Of a stretch of DNA of 64,000 nucleotides, positions 60,871 through 64,000 are shown one piece after another. The notes beneath the pieces are model-generated. The model ran no database searches and was not told the DNA's origin. It saw only the letters and a program-made list of their open reading frames with translations. Source of the stretch: Bryobacterales bacterium (lineage in GTDB: Bacteria > Acidobacteriota > Terriglobia > Bryobacterales > UBA6623). Made by a program: the position numbers and the translations under genes. Position 1 is the stretch's first letter, and the number at the start of each line of letters is the position of its first letter. The DNA lies in assembly GCA_963422375.2 (NCBI GenBank), contig OY729427.2, positions 640,001-704,000 of the forward strand. The letters are read 5' to 3'.

Positions 60871-61667
60871 GGGAATTATATATCTGAGTGCCGAGGGAAT
60901 CGAGTCGGCAAATTATCAAGCCATAATAAGATTTCATATTTCTTCCGAATTTCTGTTGACATTCTGTGGTGTTTCTTGGTAGAATAGTTCCAGTAGGGGA
61001 TACCGTAAATGAAGAAATCAGGTCCCGGAAAGTGGTTTCGTAAAGGCATCACATTGATCGAAGTGATCGCCATGTTCCCCGATGACGAATCCGCGGAAAA
61101 GTGGTTCGCCTCCATGCGCTGGCCGGACGGTCCCGCGTGCCCCCGCTGCCGCGGCTCCAGCGTGCAGTCCGACGCGGCCCACCCTTCGATGCCGTACCGT
61201 TGCCGCGGCTGCGGCAAGCGCTTTGCCGTGCGCACCGGCAGCGTGATGGCCGACACCAAGCTCGGCTACCGCACCCGGGCCGTCGCCCTGTTCCTGCTGA
61301 CCACCGGCATCAAGGGCGTCTCGAGCATGAAGCTGCACCGCGACCCGGGCATCAGCCGGAAGTCGGCCTGGCACCTGGCGCACCGCATCCGCGCGTGCTG
61401 GGAGCGGGATCAGGGCCTGTTCACCGGCCCGGTGCAAGGGGTGCCCTGCCACCGCCAACCGGGTTTCACCGGGGCAACCGGGGCATGCGAGGCGGCCTCT
61501 CTAGTCTGTTCCTCGTCAAATCCGCTGGCAGGCTCGATTCAGATACGATCCCACCCCTCCGTGCCTGCCGCGGCCGCACTCGAATGACCCGAGCTCGACA
61601 CCGACCTCCCTGCTCACAGCAGTTCTAGTCGGACCTGGCGTTGTCGGCACTCAGATATATAATTCCC
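60871..61667 (+). mobile_element. Non-autonomous internal-deletion derivative of the 12082-13597 IS1595
   Basis: Same TIRs; exact 8-bp TSD TTTCGTTG at 60863-60870 and 61668-61675; transposase stops matching just before the first catalytic Asp (GPV|), about 0.72 kb missing. Confidence 0.95.
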
Positions 61668-61746
61668 TTTCGTTGGCCCATATCTCTGAGATAACACGAG
61701 AAATAATCTCGGTAAATACTATGAGAATTAGTCCCTAGTCATCGGA

Positions 61747-63405
61747 TTATTCGTCTAGAGTTTCCTGCCTTCCTAGTTCGCTTGCAAGACGCTCCGCATG
61801 AGCAATTTCCTCGGGAATCAGGACGCTTCCAGCTTCGTATTTACTTTCCTTCGCGGCGATGTCACCCCCATCCGCAGCGAGGAAATACCAAGCGTACGCC
61901 TTGAGACGGTCGACTCCAATCCCTTCTCCGTGGCGGTACTTGTCTCCGATCAGACGCTGCGCCCGGGCAACCTCGTCGGCGGCCATTCGCCGGAGCACCG
62001 CGCTGCGCCGCTCGAGCGACCGCTTGTCCCCTTGCTCCGCCGCGAGGTGGAACCACGCGCACGCCTGGGCCTCGTCACGCGAGACTCCTCGGCCTGCCGA
62101 GCAGAGGGCCCCTAACTCGGCCTGAGCGGCCGCAACGCCGCCTTGCGCGGCGCGACGGTACCAGCGAGCGGCCGTGCCGAAATCGCCGACGTCGCGGTAG
62201 CAGTCAGCAAGGCGGAGGTGCGCCCTTGGAACCCGTCCGGGCCCCAAGCGCTGAAGCGCACGAGCCCTGACCTGCTCGGCAGCGCCATCCCCCTGCCCAG
62301 CCGAGACGGTGGACCACGCGAAGGCCCTAGCGTCGTCGCGGGGCACGCCGTCGCCTTCGAGGTACATCGTCGCCAGCTCGAGCTGCGCCTCTGGCGCTCC
62401 TCGCTTTGCGGCTCGTTCGTACCACGCTGCCGCGTCTCGCTTGGACTTGCCTACAAGCGCGCCGGACCGGCACATCGCCGCGACCGCCATCTGCGCCCGG
62501 GTCACCTCGTCGGGAGACACGCGCTTCGCGACTATGTCGTCTTCCGTGAATTCGGTGCGGCGGATCCCGTCGAACGCGAGGCTGAACCACGCGTAGGCCC
62601 GGCTCTCGTCCCGTGCAACGCCCCTTCCCTCGAAGTGCATCAGCCCCAGGTCGATCACCGCGGCGGTCAGGCCGTGGCGCGCGGCCCGCAAGAACCAGTT
62701 CGCAGCCGCTGCTTCGTCGGGCGGGACCTCCTCGCCGTCCCGCAGCATGATGCCGACCCTGTGCCGCACCTCGGCGCGTTGAACGGCGCTCAAGCGATCC
62801 AAGAGCCCGCGGCCCAGCCGCCGGGCGTCCCCTCTGCCCTGGGCGGACGCCAAGCTGGACCAAGCGAGCGCGTAGGCGGCACCCTTCTCGGGTGCAACTC
62901 CCCGGCCCGCCGAGTACATCCTTGCGAGCTCGACTTGGGCGTTGCTCGCACCCTCCGCTGCCGCCAGGCGGTACCAAGCGACCGCCTCGCGGTCGCTAGA
63001 GGGGACGCCGTCACCGAGCCGAAACGCCGTGCCAAGGGCGACCTGCCGCTCGGAGAGCTCGGTCAGGGTCATGCTCCGCTCGACGCTCTCGAGCCTCGTC
63101 TCGGCGATTTCGAGACCTTGCTCGGCGGCCAAGCTCAGCCACGCGTGACCCTTGACCATGTCCACCGCGCCCACCGCTCCGGTGAGATACATGTTGGCGA
63201 GACGGAACTGGGCGTCAGCATTGCCTTGATCGGCCGCCAGGCGGTACCAGCGCGCCGCTGCACGGCGGTCGGCCGGGACGCCGGCCGATCCGCCGCGATA
63301 CATGTTCCCTAGCTTGAGCTGGGCGCAAGCGTCGCCGGACTCGGCAGCCTGCCGAACGCTCCTCTCCGTCACGGAGTCTCGCGGGGCAATGGCCCGTGCA
63401 GCCAT
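61747..63405 (-). CDS. Sel1-like repeat protein
   Basis: Repeated AQ..LG.MY..G.GV..D...A..WY..AA.QG units. Confidence 0.92.
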   Translation of the reverse strand: MAARAIAPRDSVTERSVRQAAESGDACAQLKLGNMYRGGSAGVPADRRAAARWYRLAADQGNADAQFRLANMYLTGAVGAVDMVKGHAWLSLAAEQGLEIAETRLESVERSMTLTELSERQVALGTAFRLGDGVPSSDREAVAWYRLAAAEGASNAQVELARMYSAGRGVAPEKGAAYALAWSSLASAQGRGDARRLGRGLLDRLSAVQRAEVRHRVGIMLRDGEEVPPDEAAAANWFLRAARHGLTAAVIDLGLMHFEGRGVARDESRAYAWFSLAFDGIRRTEFTEDDIVAKRVSPDEVTRAQMAVAAMCRSGALVGKSKRDAAAWYERAAKRGAPEAQLELATMYLEGDGVPRDDARAFAWSTVSAGQGDGAAEQVRARALQRLGPGRVPRAHLRLADCYRDVGDFGTAARWYRRAAQGGVAAAQAELGALCSAGRGVSRDEAQACAWFHLAAEQGDKRSLERRSAVLRRMAADEVARAQRLIGDKYRHGEGIGVDRLKAYAWYFLAADGGDIAAKESKYEAGSVLIPEEIAHAERLASELGRQETLDE

Positions 63406-63511
63406 GATGCCAGACGGGCGTGCGGCGCGAGCGCACGGGCCAGAGCGCTCTCAGGTCCCACCGGCACGGCTACGGGAGCGGCGGCCGCGGTGCGATATAC
63501 TCGCACGTTCC

Positions 63512-63982
63512 TTGACGGACTCCGGCCAAGCACCCATCCCGCTCGACATCTGTCAGATTCGGGAAATCCTTCCGCATCGCTACCCGATGCTGCTCGTCGA
63601 CAGGATCCTGGAAATCACCGAAGAGCGCGTTGTAGGCATCAAGAACGTCTCGGCCAACGAACCCTTCTTCCAAGGCCACTTCCCCGACCACCCGATCATG
63701 CCGGGCGTGCTGGTGGTGGAATCGATGGCACAGTGCGGCGGGGTGCTCGCGCTGCGCTCGATGCGCGACCACGACAAGAAGGTCGTGCTGTTCGCGTCCA
63801 TCGACAACTGCCGGTTCCGCTGCCCGGTCACGCCCGGGGACCAGCTGCGGCTGGAGCTCGACATCCTGCGGAAGCGCGGGGGCGTCGTGCGCATGCAGGG
63901 CCACGCCTTCGTCGGGGACCGCCTGGTCGCGGAAGCGATGCTGATGTGCAGCGTCGCGGACAAGCCCGTCGCGGGCTCGTGA
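63512..63982 (+). CDS. fabZ: 3-hydroxyacyl-ACP dehydratase
   Basis: [39 protein letters not shown] start inferred. Confidence 0.95.
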   Translation: MTDSGQAPIPLDICQIREILPHRYPMLLVDRILEITEERVVGIKNVSANEPFFQGHFPDHPIMPGVLVVESMAQCGGVLALRSMRDHDKKVVLFASIDNCRFRCPVTPGDQLRLELDILRKRGGVVRMQGHAFVGDRLVAEAMLMCSVADKPVAGS

Positions 63983-64000
63983 TGGCGATTCACCCCAGCG
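63982..64000 (+). CDS. lpxA: Probable start of UDP-GlcNAc acyltransferase (partial)
   Basis: TGATG overlap with fabZ; MAIHPS; fabZ-lpxA adjacency is common. Confidence 0.6.

Noticed and set aside
1..64000. CRISPR arrays, tRNA, rRNA, reverse transcriptase/DGR
   Set aside because: No regularly spaced repeats, cloverleaf or rRNA signatures, or RT motifs seen; the repeats found are IS copies, protein-repeat codons or short duplications

Overview
High-GC (roughly 65-70% by eye) bacterial window. Its gene content (Oar-type TonB receptors, CRTAC1/ASPIC-UnbV proteins, large TPR proteins, ThuA proteins, the small gene divergent from xerD) points to Acidobacteriota, probably Bryobacterales; this is an inference. 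Housekeeping and metabolic genes (gltD, leuS, trxB, xerD, ydiJ-like, fabZ, start of lpxA) alternate with accessory blocks. The four main accessory features are: (1) an IS-flanked operon of membrane protein, ExbB, DUF2149, membrane-anchored CobN-like protein, TonB receptor and beta-propeller (26.9-36.6 kb) that resembles the Bacteroidota hmu heme/iron system rather than B12 synthesis; (2) a methyltransferase, HAD and GH3 acyl-amido-synthetase trio (6.6-9.7 kb); (3) a triply nested IS pile (10.1-16.4 kb) with several exactly readable TIRs and TSDs; (4) a signature in decayed DNA of many 9-14 bp tandem duplications and apparently T>C/A>G-biased substitutions. No CRISPR array, rRNA or tRNA was seen.
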